DNA of 64,000 nt from Scyliorhinus canicula. Lineage: Eukaryota. Under the pieces are notes generated by a model, which saw only the letters and a program-made list of their open reading frames with translations, made no database searches and was not told the origin of the DNA. The position numbers were made by a program, and so were the translations under genes. Positions within the stretch are counted from its first letter, which is position 1; every line of letters starts with the position of its first letter. The stretch spans positions 168,907,050 to 168,971,049 of the forward strand of contig NC_052151.1 in assembly GCF_902713615.1 (NCBI RefSeq). The letters are read 5' to 3'. Shown piece after piece: positions 36,029 to 50,810 of the stretch.

Positions 36029-36380
36029 GGGACACAGCAGGGTAGCATGGTGGTTAGCATAAATGCTTCACAGCTCCAGGGTCCCAGGTTCGATTCCCGG
36101 CTGGGTCACTGTCTGTGTGGAGTCTGCACGTCCTCCCCTGTGTGCGTGGGTTTCCTCCGGGTGCTCCGGTTTCCTCCCACAGTCCAAAGATGTGCGGGTC
36201 AGGTGGATTGGCCATGCTAAATTGCCCGTAGTGTCCTAATAAAAGTAGGGTTAAGGGGGGGTTGTTGGGTTACGGGTATAGGGTGGATACGTGAGTTTGA
36301 GTAGGGTGGTCATGGCTCGGCACAACATTGAGGGCCGAAGGGCCTGTTCTGTGCTGTACTGTTCTATGTTCTATGTTCTA
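36029..36380 (+). mobile_element. Young HE1-type V-SINE
   Basis: Nearly identical to 6778-7131. Confidence 0.92.
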
Positions 36381-37272
36381 TAACGGAGCGGCAGGTTGGG
36401 AAAGATTCAAGGTTTTATCGGGCAAGTGGGAGAGATCACGGGGATGGGTTGGAGATGGTGATGACGATGGAGGCTTGGCAGAGCAAACAGCTGGTGGTCT
36501 GTGAGGGGGATTGGTAGAGAGGACAAGAGGAAACACATAGTGGTAAAGAGGGTCCAATCATGAGGAGCGGTGGGCATCAGAGGGCATCAAGGTAAGGGGA
36601 TATAATTATGATGAGGTCGAAGATGCTGTATGAGGATTTGATCATGGTTTGGGGTGGGGAGGGGAGATGGTGGTTGAGCAGACAGTCATCCCACCAGGGC
36701 CACAAGCAGATTGTGGGAAAGTGTACACTTCTCCTCCTGGCTCACAAGCAACGTTAACTTTATAAATTCCATGCTTCCCGCTTCATTTTACCTGCTGGGA
36801 TTCCTGCCATGCAGGAAACCTCCCCAGTTATGGTTAACAATAGAATAATTGTTATAATGGAGTCATACATCCTCCTTCAAATATTACAACGATTAACCCC
36901 CTTCTTACCAGTGGGAAAGGGCAACATTTGGAGATGGTTACTGTGAAACATAATGGGAGGGGGCATTATGCTCAGTGTGAGTGTTCAGCAGGGGATGTGA
37001 GGTGCCTGGAGAGAGAGAGAAATGAATGGAGATGAAAGGTGTGTTGTGATAAGCAATGCTGTTCAGGAGAATGCTGGGTGAGTCAGTGTGGGGATTAGCA
37101 CCTGATAATGTTACACCTTCATCTTCACATCTGAGTTCTTGGATCCTGTTGGTGCTCTATTTCCAGGTTGTGGGAACCACACTACTGCTAACTTTCACAG
37201 TCACTTCCATTCATGTCTGCTTGTTTTGAGAGCTTGTCTTCATCTTCCTGTTGTTATCCCAATTGATATTAT

Positions 37273-37489
37273 TTTTTTAAAATTTAGAGTACCCAATTAT
37301 TTTTTTTTCCAATTAAGGGCTAATTTAGCATGGCCAATCCATCTAACCTGCACATCTTTGGGTTGTGGAGGTGAAACCCACGCGGACATGGGGAGAATGT
37401 GCAAACTCCACACGGACAGTGACCCGGGATTTGAACCCGGGTCCTCAGCACCCCAGCCCCAGTGCTAACAACTGGGCCACATGCCGTCC
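37273..37489 (-). mobile_element. V-SINE short form with A-rich tail and ~16-bp TSD
   Basis: Flanks TCCCAATTGATATTAT / TCCCAATTCATATTAT. Confidence 0.88.
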
Positions 37490-37552
37490 TCCCAATTCAT
37501 ATTATAACTGGACAGGAAGATGCCAGAATGGAACCCGGGCTCAAAAGACCAT

Positions 37553-38235
37553 GGTCGGGATTCTCCTTTCCCGGGACTAAGTCCCACGCCGCCGAGAAAA
37601 CCGGTGCCAACCACTCCGGCATCAACAGCCCCCGAGAAGTGCAGAAATCTTCCACAGAAAAGGAGGGGTTGGTGCCACGCCAGGCGACGCTGAAGGGACT
37701 GCACGAGTTAGCGCATGTGCCGAAGGGCCAGAGTGATCTCATGCATGCGCGGAACTGCCGGTGTGGTTCCGTGCATGCGCAGACCGGCCGGCGTACTCTG
37801 GCGCATGCGAGGGGGCTGTCTTCTCCACGCCGGCCATGGTGGAGCCCTATAGGGTCCGGTGCATAAGGAAGGAGTGCCCCCCCACGGCACAGGCCCGCCC
37901 GCAGATCGGTGGGCCTTGATCGCGGGCCAGGCCACCATGGGAGCCACCCCTGGGGTCGGATCCCCCGCCCCCTCCCACCCCGAAGACCGCAGCAGCCGAC
38001 TTACCTGCCAGGTCCTGCCATGTGTGACCATGTCTAATCCACGCTGACGGAACTGGCCAGAAACTGACGGCTGCATCAGGGTCCGGAGAATTGCCAACAG
38101 CCCCCAACCAGTGTGGCATGAACCCCACCCCCGCCCGAAAACCGGCGCCGGAGAATACGGCTGCCGGCGTCGAGGCGGCGGGGTGGGATTCGCGCCACCT
38201 GGCTGGGATTCTCCGACCGGGGGGGGGTGGATAAT
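37553..38235. mobile_element. GC-rich Harbinger MITE
   Basis: GGTCGGGATTCTCC start; internal GGCACAGGCCCGCC..GATCGGTGGGCC core shared with other copies. Confidence 0.85.
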
Positions 38236-39199
38236 TAGTTTTTAACAGCAAGAAAAAAAACAATTGTTAAACATGAAAAAATGGATTATGATACAATATG
38301 CTTTTAATCTCTCCCTTAACTTAACAATTATCCACAGGTTTTATGATTATCACAGATTACAAAGTACATTTAAACCAACAGTGTTCTCATTAACACAAAG
38401 TCCCTTTTAAGCATACAAGATGATTGTGGGAAAATACACTTTCCACTCTGAACCTCAAGTGAAGGTTTGTAGATGACTGCTCAGAATTCCCTCAGATATT
38501 GCCACGTGAGTGTTTCAAAACTTCAAAAATCTTCTCTCATAAATATGCTTTCCCTTAGCGGTTTGCATTCTAACATCCGGACTAGGTTTCCTAAATGGCA
38601 CATTTAAACACTTTAAGTAGAGACTCCAGACCAATTTCACACCAAAACATTTCAGATTTATTTGCCTTGACTGCTCTACAAAGTGTTCACAATTGCTTTA
38701 ACTCTCTATTCCCAGACTGTATGACAATAACATTACTTTACCTTCGAAGGCTGTTGTCCCCCCACTAAAGCTGGTTACTGCAATTGGCTCATTAACTCAG
38801 AACAATTTGTTTCCTGAACCATACCTACCTTATTCTCTGTTCACTGAACTGCAGACATCTTGGATACTTCTCTTCATTTCTATGGTTTTTGTAACTGGCT
38901 GCTCTTCAGGTCCCTGCACTTGTTTTCTTAACCAATACTGCATGGTATGGCTTTTCTTCTAACAAAACTGAGAAAGATATCGAAATGTAGAAACGTAGAA
39001 AATAGAAGTTTGAGGAGGCCATTCAGCCCTTTGAGACCCACAGGCCTCCCAGAAAAGAGACACCTGCCAGGAAGACCCTCAGAAAAGAGAACCCTCTCTA
39101 GAAGCTAGAGAGCAGTCCAGACAGAGGCAGTGAAAAGAAATACTGTTGTGACACTCACCTGGGCATACACCTACTGGCTCAGATAGAGGAAGCACCACA

Positions 39200-39518
39200 G
39201 GGTGGCATGGCAGCACAGTGGGTGGCACTGTTGCTTCTCAGCTCCAGGGTCCCAGGTTTGATTCCCGGCTTGGGTCACTGTCTGTGTAAAGTGTGCACGT
39301 TCTCCCTGTGTCTGCATGGGTTTCCCCCGGGTGCTCTGGTTTCTTCCCACAAGTCCCAAAACACATGCTTGTTCGGTGAATTGGATATTTCGAATTCTCC
39401 CTCTGTGTACCAAACAGGTGCCGGAATGAGGCGACTAGGGGCTTTTCACAGTAACTTCACTGCAGTGTTAATGTATCAAGGTAAGCCTACTTGCAACAAT
39501 AAAGATTAATATTATTAT
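39200..39518 (+). mobile_element. V-SINE with (TTA)n-type tail
   Basis: Head, V-domain and AACAGGTGCCGGAATG tail. Confidence 0.88.
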
Positions 39519-40369
39519 GTCAATTCCTGGAAAGAAAAAACAGGAGCTGTGTTGAAACCCCTCAGATCTTTGAGCTGCAAGCCATTCATTCATTTACCTT
39601 ACTAGGCTGTGATTGGCAGCTTCCACCCACACAACTGTCAGCTTTGCTCCATTCATCTTCCTTCATGGTTGAGTAACTCTGAAGTGCCCTAACTTAAGAG
39701 AGTAAGTGCTGCCAATTTCTAGCTGACCATTTCAAAAGCTCTCAACATGAAGGCAGGTAATGGGAAAGCATTGCTATTCCATGCCATTACATATTTCATA
39801 TGAAACCTTTTAATGCCATTCCACTCCTTCTGAGCCTCCTATGTCACCCCCATCCCACACTAGCCTGCAGGGTAACTTTGCAGTTGGGCTCCCCTTATGT
39901 TCTGCTTTTTCTGCACCAACACTTCAACCTACTGTCGTCAACACCAACAACAACCATTGGCAGCTGCACATGCAATGCATGAGTTCTAGTCCTTTGTACT
40001 CTCCAGTCCGCCATGTACTCTATGTGCCTCCCCACGCATCAGGTACAGGCTACAACTTAAACTTACCCTAAATTGACCAATCAAATGAATGCCAACAGAC
40101 AAACAGAGTGTGCAATTATAACAGATATTTTCAGTGTGTTCCCGAAACTGCTTCAGGACTTGGCTTTGAGCCTTTGGGCACAACTCTCCCAAAAAATGAC
40201 CAAGTGTAATTTTGGGTGGGTTTGGCAGGGTGATTCCTGTTGGGTGTTTGGACATGATCTAGACCTGTATTCACCCATACTTAGTTCTTTTTTGGAGATG
40301 GGGAATTTATCACTGAAAAATCCCACACTTAAATTTTTTTCTGCAGTGGGGAACTAAAGATTCCGGTTC

Positions 40370-41440
40370 AAATCAGTTTCTCAGAGATTGCTGTGCCATT
40401 TTTGAAGGGTGCCCAGATCTCAAAGTAAGGTTGAGCGTCTCCCACATCCCCCACCCATAGACATTGGGACCCCCTGACAGACATGGGCACCACCACCAAC
40501 CCTCTAGTTGGTTTAGCACAATGGGATAAGTAGCTGGCTTGCAATGCAGAACAATGCCAGCAGCGTGGGTTCAATTCCCGTATCAGCCTCCCCGAACAGG
40601 CGCCGGAATATGGTGACTCGGGGCTTTTCACAGTAACTTCATTGAAGCCAACTTGTGACAATAAGCGATTATTATATTATCATTATACCCTGAGGGGGAA
40701 CCTCCACCCCATCACTAAAAGTCCGCCTGACTCTCCATTTCCCCACACCACCACCCAGCATGAGGGTGACCTGACTCCACTGCCACCCATACTTGTCGGC
40801 ATCCCCCTCCCTGTAGTGATCATACCCCACGATAGGTTGCTGAGGGCCCCCCGTGTTAAAGGCCAAACTTCATAACCTCCCCTACATGCCCCCTTCAGGC
40901 CCATTTCATGGGCCCCGTTCAGGCCCTGCACCTTGGCAGTGCCCCAAGGGCACCCAGACACTGTCCCTCATTCCCTGGCAGAGCCAGCCTGACAACTGGG
41001 CACTGTCCCTGGCAGTCCAAACTGGCAATGCCAACCTGGCCCCTACAGTGCCAGATCGGCATCACCAGCTACCAGGGGCCCTGCCCCCATCCACCTCGTG
41101 GCTCCAATGGCCTCCCATGTTCCGGCACGTGGCGATCACGTCTAGTTTCTTTTTCTGGAGATCAGTTCTAATTTGTGTCGGCGTGAGGCCATGCCAGTGT
41201 GGCCCCACTGGGAGAGAATACTGGGAGTCGGGAGACTGCAACCTCGAATGGGCTGCTCATTTTTAAATGAGTGCAGTGACTCATTTAAATATGCTGATCT
41301 GGATCACACCCAATGATCCCTTTTTTGGCCTCTCCCGCTATGCACCCGGTGTAGCTGGATCGACATCGGGCAAAATATGGTCAGAAATGTGTCCCCTTTA
41401 TCTTGACTTTACACCAAACCAGCGCTATTCAGTTTGTACC
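40370..41440. mobile_element. Harbinger-type non-autonomous element with a nested short SINE (40505-40686)
   Basis: TGGCAGTGCC motifs and a subterminal block resembling 1850-2059. Confidence 0.55.
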
Positions 41441-43215
41441 TCGCTTATTGAAGAACCCAATCAAACAAATCATTGCACGTGCGTGTGGGCTGAATATTTC
41501 TGATTGTGGATTATCAATGATCTGTGAAAATAATAAGACAAAACTGCATCATTCTGCCTTTTGGTTCAAGAGACATCATCATTTGACATGATACAGGATA
41601 CTGGAATTTAAGTACAATTATGGACTGCAGTGTGACACTGCTGACTAGAATTTTCCTTTCATGTGCATTTGTCAAGATTCTTCAACCTTTTTTCTTTTGT
41701 GGGTTATTAAGCTGTCACAGCATGATTTTACATAAGTTCTTCAATCATTTTTTCTTTGGTTTGTGTTTTATTTATATACTGCATTTTCATGCTTCACACT
41801 GTCATACGGTAAATCTTATTTTGTAACTCTTATTCTGGATTTTTTAAAAACTCACACTGAAGATGAACTACTGGAGGGGATATTAGAGAATACAAGACAG
41901 AAAGTGCAGGGCATTCCTGTTTTATGCAGTGGGAATGTAGAATTCACATTGTGTGCAACAGGGGAGTGGAAATATTACCAAGAAGTGTGTGATGTTGTGA
42001 TTGAGTCACTGGCAGAGTTTTCAATTAGAACATCATTTGTTGGACAATACTGCTGCCCACCCATGAATGTACCACAATGGGATTTCCTGCGATGAGGAAA
42101 ACTGTGATCGACTATAATTGACCTTAATAACCCTAGGAGTTTTTGGAAAACAATTTACAATAGTCCAGCATGCCCTTGCCCTGGTCATAAACTGTCATAA
42201 GCATCTCGTAACCAAACATTATCCATTCTGGAACTGAGCTTGAAGGCACTGAAGCAACAAAAACATGTCTTTTTTCTGGCACCTCCACTGTAGAACATTT
42301 GAAGATGATCCTCAGAATGTGCAGTCCCGAATTGTTTTCAATAAAAACAACAAACCATTCCACTCACCATTTCATATTTTCATTTTCAGTGGAGACATTA
42401 TGACCCCAATTTTAACCGACCCCTTGAAACAGCCAATGGGAACGATGCACAGTTGGGGTTAAAATTTTAAAGTTACACCTCCCTCCTCCCGCTTTTGAGC
42501 ATTTAAACTTTTACTGTGTATGAACTAGCCATTTCCATGGCTTCACCGAAAAGCAGTGGAGGACCTAGTTAACATTCTAAAGACATTGTTGATGCCGTGA
42601 CGTCGAAATAGCCAAATTTCAGGAGGGGTCCCATGGTGCTGGATGCCTGGGAATATATCCAAGGCAGGGAGCACTGACTGGTCAACACAAGTATTAAAGG
42701 TCTGGCCCTTTTAGAACTCATCCTGGACCAGGAGGGTTAGGATGGCCTGTTGAGGAGTCTTTGGACCCAGCCATCCCTCACCTCCAGTCGTCATTGGAAC
42801 TTTTAATATCCAGTCTCATGCACAGCCTCCTTCCATTGGCTGCTGGGGGATCATTTACACAGATCCCTGGCTGCACCTCCTGCTGTTAGGTTCCTACCCT
42901 TGCCCACTGGACACCCAGTCAATCTGGCTGGATGTTGGGTAGATGTCTGCAGATCTTTATTTACATAAGGTATTGCAGTCAAATTTGGCCCTCAGTCCCC
43001 AGCTTTGGCAGTTCATTTGCTGCACCCCCCCCCCCCAACACCACCACCATCTCCAACACACACATCCTGCCCTCCTGTGAATATCAAGGACGTTAGGTGT
43101 TTCGCAGATGGATTTAAAAACACATCTAACTGCTCATCAAGTCTGAATACTCAATATTTTAACATAATGGGATAATCTATCTTGATCATTGAGGAAGTAT
43201 TATTGAGGATATATA

Positions 43216-43537
43216 GCGGCACAGTAGCATAGTGGTTATCACTGTAGCTTCACAGCGCCAGGTTCCAGGTATAATTCCCGGCTTGGGTCACTGTCTGTGC
43301 GGTGTCTGCACATTCTCCCTGTGTCTGCGTGGGTTTCCTCCTGGTGCTCCGATTTACTCATACATGTCCCGAAAGACGTGCTGTTAGGTGAATTGGACAT
43401 TCTGAATTCTCCCTCAGTGTACCCGAGCAGGCGCCAGAATGTGGCGACTCGGGGATTTTCGCAGTAACTTCATTGCACAGTTAGTGTAAGGGTACTTGTG
43501 ACAACAATGATTATTATTATAATGATTATTATTATAG
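43216..43537 (+). mobile_element. V-SINE with (TTA)n-type tail
   Basis: Head, V-domain and tail as in 39200-39518. Confidence 0.88.
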
Positions 43538-44726
43538 CATGTCTGAGTACTTAACCTTTACTGAAATAAACAGTGGAGTAGAATTTTATTGTGTCGTCAC
43601 GTGGACGGGTTTTTGGCAAGTTGGCAGCCCCTTTTATATCTCTCCTGATTTTTATTTCCATTGACTGGAAAAATGGGAAGAGCCGTTATCTGCGCCATCA
43701 ATCCACTGTCAGCTGTTTTTCAAAATCCCAGTAAATTCTACCCCAACATGATTGAAAAGGAATTTATCTACATTTTATTTTTAGAGAAACATTTTTTCCA
43801 CACTGGCCCTTTGTTATCAGTGTTGATCCAAAATACAGCTGCACACCAGCGATACTAATGTTAAATCTCTTGTTTGAATAAACAAGCGGCTTCTGCTGGT
43901 TAATATAATCTCTGAACTGTTGAATTTAAAAGATTTTAAACCTTTGCTCCCTTAGTATTTTTTATGGGAAGAATAAATTAATAGCCATGAATTGGAAGCG
44001 AAGAGGAATTGAGCTTTACTTGATCCTTGCTAAATTTTCCATTAAGTAGAAATAATTTGGATAAGTACTTGTACTGACATTAATGATGTTTTCTTATAAC
44101 ATCTTTAATGGAGAGTCCCACAATTACTGCAAAGGAACATTGCCTTACACAGTAAAATTATACATGCATTATAACTTTCACATCTGTATCATCATAATAG
44201 ATTATATTGAGGTAATTACGATAGCTCAGCACTGAATATAATTGTTCTTCAGGTAAAGTATCTCTTTTTATACTTGCAACTTGAAGCTCACACATTATTA
44301 AAAAAACAAGTGTTTGTACAGAAGCAGAACTACAGCACAAAACCCCACAGCTGATTTTGTGTTGTGTACAATTTTATTTGTTGTGATGCCTTGACCTTTA
44401 AAAATAATAATAGCCCCAGAACCGATAACCCCTCAGTTTTCTTTCATACTTTTCCTTTTGTCTGTATCACAGTCTGTAACACAGGTTTGATGCTAAATTC
44501 AAATCCTCAGTTTTATTCTTGCATGAATGGACCTTTCGCTTCCATTTCTCGTTCATTCAGTTCATGGATTTCATGTATATGTGCATTGACCATGGGAGAA
44601 CATTGCTTAAGACGCAGATTAGAAAAAACCCTTACTTAGACCAGACGATGTAGGAGACTAATGACAGCTTCACAGCAGAAAGATTTCTTGAAGGAGGAGA
44701 GGGCAGTTGAGGAATCTTGTAATAAT

Positions 44727-44950
44727 TTTTTTTTGTTTAAGATTTCGAGCACCCAATTCTTTTTTTTTTAATTAAGGGGCAATTTAGGGTGGCCAATCCA
44801 CCTAGCCTGCACATCTTTGGACTGTGGGGGTGAGACCCATGCAGACACAGAAAGAAGGTGCAGACTCCACATAGACAGTGATCCGGAGATTGAACCCGGG
44901 TCACAGCGCCGTGAGGCAGCAGTGCTAACCACTGCACCTCCGTACCACCC
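44727..44950 (-). mobile_element. V-SINE short form with A-rich tail
   Basis: Flanked by TTGTAATAAT at 44717-44726 and 44953-44962. Confidence 0.85.
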
Positions 44951-45987
44951 CATTGTAATAATATTCATACATCAAAACAAATACAGGCCTGGTTCAAAAT
45001 ACTGCATATAATTTGTTGCAATAATTTTATCGCATCACTTTAATAACAAAGAAAATTTAGGCAATAACCTTATTAAAGCAATTGTGGTGCAATTTTGCTT
45101 TTACAATTTTAACTTTTCATTATTCGTGGCATTAAGCAAGGTACACATTTAAAAGATTTACACAACAATTTAAAGAAGTGGTATTGGAACATGTAATGAA
45201 ACTGGGAATCAATTTGATGTGGGATTCTCTGCCACAAATATATTTGAAATAAAGTCCATGAGTTATTGTGAAAGGAAATCATACAGTAGCTTGAAAAAGA
45301 GTTCCGTTAAAGGTTATAAGGAACAAATAGGAGAGAGGGTAGAGATTTGTGATTCACTAGATCGTGTAAAGAAAATCTCTACCATGGAGAAAATTAGCTT
45401 TTTCTGTCTGATCCATTGAGTTATACAGTCATCAAATTCCATCACAATTGTTTGTCTCTCTGCTGAACCTCCGAAAGGACTGTACCTGCAACTGTTCGGC
45501 ACTGACCTCAATCGGTCAATTTTCATGTATCCTCCCAGACATTGCATGCCAGGATCAATTATACTGCAAGACCATCACGGCTGAGCCTCTTGTCCTTTGC
45601 TGAAGCCAACAAGCATTCACTTTAAGACAGAGGGCACCCGACATGACTGACTATGAACAATTTATTGTTCATCTCTCGTCCAGGGGTGCGGAAGGCAGTT
45701 GTAAAACTATGACTGCAGTACTGACCTGACAACACGGACATGAACCTGGGAACCACATGGTATCTTTACCTGTTACGCTATCAGGGGTGCTTTCAATGAG
45801 ATTTTTAATCAATATCTCAGATAAAGGGTAAGGTGAAACAAAATCCAGCCGAGGGAACTTAACACATATTCTTGCTAATTAAGAGCAAGTCCTATCACCG
45901 GTTCAAGATTAATTTAATCAAAGTGAGTGATTTTTTAATTTGCTGTTTACTTTATTTAACTTAGCATTTAAATAAAAAGCAATAGGT

Positions 45988-46830
45988 ACATAAGAAATAG
46001 AAGCAGAGGAAGACCATTCAGTCCCTCGTAGCTGCTCCACTATTCAATGTGATCATGGCCGATCTCCATTTCCCCACATTTTCTCCTTGTCCCTTTATTC
46101 CCGAAGAGGTCAAAAATCTGTCAATCTCAGCCTTAAATATATTCACAGCCATCTGGGGTAGCAAATTCCAATATTCGTAACCCTTTGAAGAGACTTCTCA
46201 ACTGAGTCCTAATTGATCAGCTTCTCGTCCTGAGACTGTGCCCCTGTATGTTCCAGATACCCCACCTCCTGGGGTCTATTCGATCAATCTCTTCAGAATC
46301 TTGCATATTTCAATTAGATTGTCTGCCATGCTTCTAAGCTCCAGGGAGTAAGGGCTCAATTTACTCAATCTCTCATCAAAGAGCAACCCTTTTGTCTCAG
46401 GAAACAGTTTAGTGAATCTTTGCTGAGCTACCTCCAAGGTTATGATATCCTTCCTCAGATATGAGAACAAACTGCAAGATTCTCCAAATGTGGGCATGTC
46501 AAAGCCTTATATAATTGTAATGGAACTTCATTATTCTTGTCCTCAATCCCCTTGCAATCAAAGCCATTTGACTTCCTAATTGCTTCCTGGGCCCACGCGC
46601 TCACTTTGTGCAATAAAAACAAGACTTCGAAAAATCTCCAACAAATCTGGCAACATCTGTGGAGAGAGGAACAGTGTTAATGTTTTGAGTCCACTGTGAC
46701 TCTTCTTTAGAACTGCTCACTTCCTCGATGCCTTGTATGAATATCCCCAAGTCTCTCATCAACATTTATACGTTTCACACCTGTTAAACAAAATTCCAGT
46801 TCTTCTTTTTTACAGCCAAAGTGAAGAACC
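45988..46830 (-). mobile_element. CR1 LINE 3' portion with a nested Penelope-like piece
   Basis: ORF 46276..46497 YLRKDIITLEVAQQRFTKLFPE..ERLSKLSPYSLE..LIEICKIL; CATAAGAAATAG tail. Confidence 0.85.
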
Positions 46831-47587
46831 ATTATTTTAATAATTTCATGGTTGGGTGTCACTGGTAGGCCAGCAATTTTTGTCTCCCCTTAATTGTCTT
46901 TGAACTGAATGACCTTAATCGATCACTTTTCTGTCGGCCTGCAGCAACATGTTGATGTGTGAAGACTGCAGACTTCCTTCCCAAAGAATATGAGTGAATC
47001 AGGTTTTTTTTTTACAACAATCAATGATAATTTCATGGTCTCCATTTCTGCAATTATCTTTCAATTCCAGATTTGTTTTTATTACCAATAAAATTTAAAT
47101 TCTACCAGCTGCTCTGGTAGGATTTTAATCCATGTCCCTGAAGCATTATCCCGGGCCTCTAGATTACTATTCCAGTGACATTACCACATCACCATCTCTC
47201 CCTACCTCACATTTCCCACATTATGGATGAAATTTTCAAGGCCCGCCAGCAGTGGGAAGCTTGGCAGGCAGATGTTTGGTGTGAAGCCAAAATTCTGTCT
47301 CCCGACAATGGAGGTGAACTTTGGCAATTATGTCCTTGAGGACTTTAAAGGAAGGTCACGCATCCCAAAGAACAATATTGAGAAGCTATTTTGACGTGTA
47401 TTAGCACGTGTTGCATGCTCTTTAAAAGACCACCTTACTGGAATTAAGTTCCCCTCCAAATTAAGTTCCCACAAATTAGTAATTAGAACATTCAACAACA
47501 CATACGTGGTGTGCATCTGCTGAGGCAGACTTTTTCCATGATTAATGATGAGTTATCACTATGTTGGCCTCTATTGGAGGCATCTAT

Positions 47588-47805
47588 TTTTTCTTTAATT
47601 TAGAGTACCCAATTATTTTTTCCAATTAAGGGGCAATTTAGCATGGCCAATCCACCTATCCTGCACATCTTTTGGGTTGTGGGGGTGAAACCCAGGCAGA
47701 CACGGGGAGAATGTGCAAACTCCTCACGGACAGTGACCCAGGGCTGGGATTCGAACCCGGGTCCTCAGCGCCATAGGCAGCAATGCACTGTGCCACCGTG
47801 CTGCC
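47588..47805 (-). mobile_element. V-SINE short form with A-rich tail and exact 17-bp TSD
   Basis: CTATTGGAGGCATCTAT at 47571-47587 and 47806-47822. Confidence 0.92.
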
Positions 47806-49051
47806 CTATTGGAGGCATCTATAAATGCCAGCCTATGCTTGAGACCGGGTGATGGCAGTGCACTGTACACCGGCATGGATGATGATCAAGGAAAGAAGGA
47901 AGAAAGGAATGGTGAGCGGTGAAGGGCACAGCAGTGGTTTGGCAAAGGTGAAAGAAATAGTGCAGACTGTCCTGGAGCCATGTCAATATGGCATCTACAC
48001 CTTCGATCCCATGATGCAGTGGCAGGGACCCCGCTGCAAAAATCGGCAAGTTTCTCGCAGATGCATTTTGAATGTGTTCGGTTATTATGCTCCCCCAACG
48101 GAAATCACTCCCACCTATACACCCGTCACCAAATTTCAACTCCAGAACAAAAGATTCCAGCCTATTTTCCATATGCTACCTTGTTCCTCACTCATAAACT
48201 GTCTATATCTCTTTGCAGCCTCCTTGTGTCCTCCTGACAGGATATATTCCGATTTTATCAAATGGATTTTGGATATCCAAGTATATGAAAGCTATTGGCT
48301 CCCCTTTATGCTCTATTAGTTACATTCACATATATCTCTAATGCATTTGTCAAATACAGTTTCCCTTTCATGAACCCAAATTCTGTCTGATCTTGCAAAA
48401 TAAACTTGCTGGCAGGATAACTTGCCCCCAATAGAAATGTAAGAGGGGATTTCCACTTTAACGTGTCCTGGTGTTGGTGCCAGTGGCTCATAATGAATTA
48501 TGAATTGGGATCCCAAATTTATTCTGCAGAAAAAACTGCCAGAACAACACCAAAACATTACATAGAGCTGTAGGGATTTCTCGAACAGAAAGCCAATGCA
48601 GAAACAATGCACAGAATAGCCTCCTTTGGTGCTGGAAACATATATGTTTTTTATGCGCTACTTCTGCAACATAACTCACACGTATCCCAATCTTGCCTCC
48701 TTTCCCGCTGGAACTCTCGTCAATGCCCTCTTCACTTTGAGATCCTTAGAGCACAAATTTCAATTTATTTAGAATGCCATTATACTTATTCCATATTTTT
48801 CACCACATTGTTTTCGAATCTTCGTTGGAACTGAATTCCCCAAAATAGTGGTCAAGACCCTCTGGAATCTGGATGTTCAGAGACCATAGGTACCCTGGAC
48901 GGTGCGCTATGGAACCCTTAGAAATCCCAACCCAAGGACTCAGTGGGAATTTGCCAGGAAGTTTCATATTAGGACTCTCAAAAAAGTTTTTCAACTCTGA
49001 GATGGAGTTGGAGATTTTGGAGGGTTCAGACTTACTTTGCTTGATAGTTAC

Positions 49052-49302
49052 TTTTGTAAAGGGCAACGAGAAGAGGCCACAATGTGTTGTAGAGAAAAAT
49101 AAAACTTACTTTATTTAAGAGATTAACTATTATTTACAGCTCCAGAAGTTCCCTACTGTGCCTGGCTGGCTGACTCTATTTATGCAAAGGCACAGAAACT
49201 TATTAAGGGTCCTCTGCTTCTTTATCAAGGCAGCTTGTATTCTGCAAAATCCACAGGGTAGTAGATCAACCCTACCCTGTAAGACCCGTGTGGGTTATAA
49301 CA
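49052..49302 (-). repeat. Probable solo LTR
   Basis: Ends TTATAACA; start TTTTGTAA is a degenerate inverted match; flanks GTTAC/GTTAA; AATAAA on minus. Confidence 0.5.
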
Positions 49303-50513
49303 GTTAACCAGGAAATGTTGGACTGGGAAAAGAACAGTCTAACGCCTAGGTAACCACAACTAACCCTGCAACACCCCACTGACCCTGATCCTCTGACCCG
49401 TTCTGGCCTCCCCTTACTCTACAGTCTCCCAATTCGCTAATTCACCCAAAATTGTACACCCCCTAAACCCTTCAACTCCCCCTAAGCTGCTGTCTCCTCA
49501 TGAAACCCTTTGACTTCCCCTGATGCTCCCTGCTGCCTGACCAACACTGTGCCTACCCACCTGGTAACTACCATAATGCCACCAACCATCTTGCCACCTT
49601 ACACACCCTGCCACCTTATGCACTCACCTAGCACCATACCCACCACACAACCCCACCCACCTTCCCACCCTAATCACCCTATCCACTTACCTCATTCATA
49701 CCCATTCATTAACACACTGTAAAGTTATTTAAATGCCCCAAATCTTATTACTGCATTAATGAATGAAGGCATGCAAAATACAGAAGCTGGTGGTACCAAA
49801 AGAGATCACGGCCTGGCTTCCCTCAACATTCATGTATTATGAGGTCGGACTCTGAGAACAGGCACGCTGTGAATTTCTGAAGAGGTCAAGTTCGGATGAC
49901 TGAGCTCGAAATTTGAGCTCCAGCATTTGGATATGAAAATAGTAGTGTGACAATCTGAAGGTGATTGTCACCCGACGGAAGATTGGACCCAATGATTTCA
50001 AAATCCTCATCCTTCTTCGCACGCCCCGCTGTTACCTCACCCTACTCTACTTCCACAACCTCTTCCAGCCCACAAATCTAGTGTGCCCTCTCCATCCTAC
50101 ACCAGCCTTTAGCATATTCTGATTTAATATTGCCAGACACCACAGCATCTGAGCCATTAATCTCATGAAACGTTTCGTTTTTGGGACCTGAAAAAGTTAT
50201 CAGCACACCTTTTTATGTGTTGGGAGACACGTGGTTGATCTCATACCATTTATACGTTTTAAACGCTATTGCAGCAATGATGCACAATTCTTCCCCCTAG
50301 TAGAACATGCAAAAAGATTTGCTTGACTTTTTTTTTCAAAACGCAGAATCCCCTTTTGGAATCACTATATGTGATCACTGTGGTCATATGCTTTCAGTTC
50401 CCTGTGAACAGAAAGCTTGCCTGAGGATATAATATTGCCTGCAATTCTACCTTCATTGTAACTTAATGGACAATATTGATGTGAGAAGGTCTAAAGTATA
50501 GGACAGAGAAATT

Positions 50514-50810
50514 TAGAACATAGAATATACAGTGCAGAAAGAGGCCATTCGACCCATCGAGTCTGCACCAACCCACTTCAGCCCTCATTTCCACCCTATC
50601 CCCGTAACCCCATAAACCCTCCTGACCTTTTTGGTCACTAAGGGCAATTTATCATGGCCAATCCACCCAACCTGCATGTCTTTGGACTGTGGGAGGAAAC
50701 CGGAGCACCCGGAGGAAACCCACGTAGACACGGGGAGAACGTGCAGACTCCGCACAGACAGGGAACCAGCGGGGAATCGAACTTGGGACCCTGGTGCTAC
50801 CATGCTGCCC
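50514..50810 (-). mobile_element. HE1-type V-SINE, CR1-type tail
   Basis: Reverse complement of the SINE with TAGAACATAGAA tail. Confidence 0.9.

Noticed and set aside
38240-39153. Long LTR-like segment ending TGTGACA
   Set aside because: No matching start, TSD or partner LTR could be defined.
41763-42363. ORFs 41763..42095 (+) and 42133..42363 (-) as host exons
   Set aside because: No recognisable protein family and no convincing splice pair.
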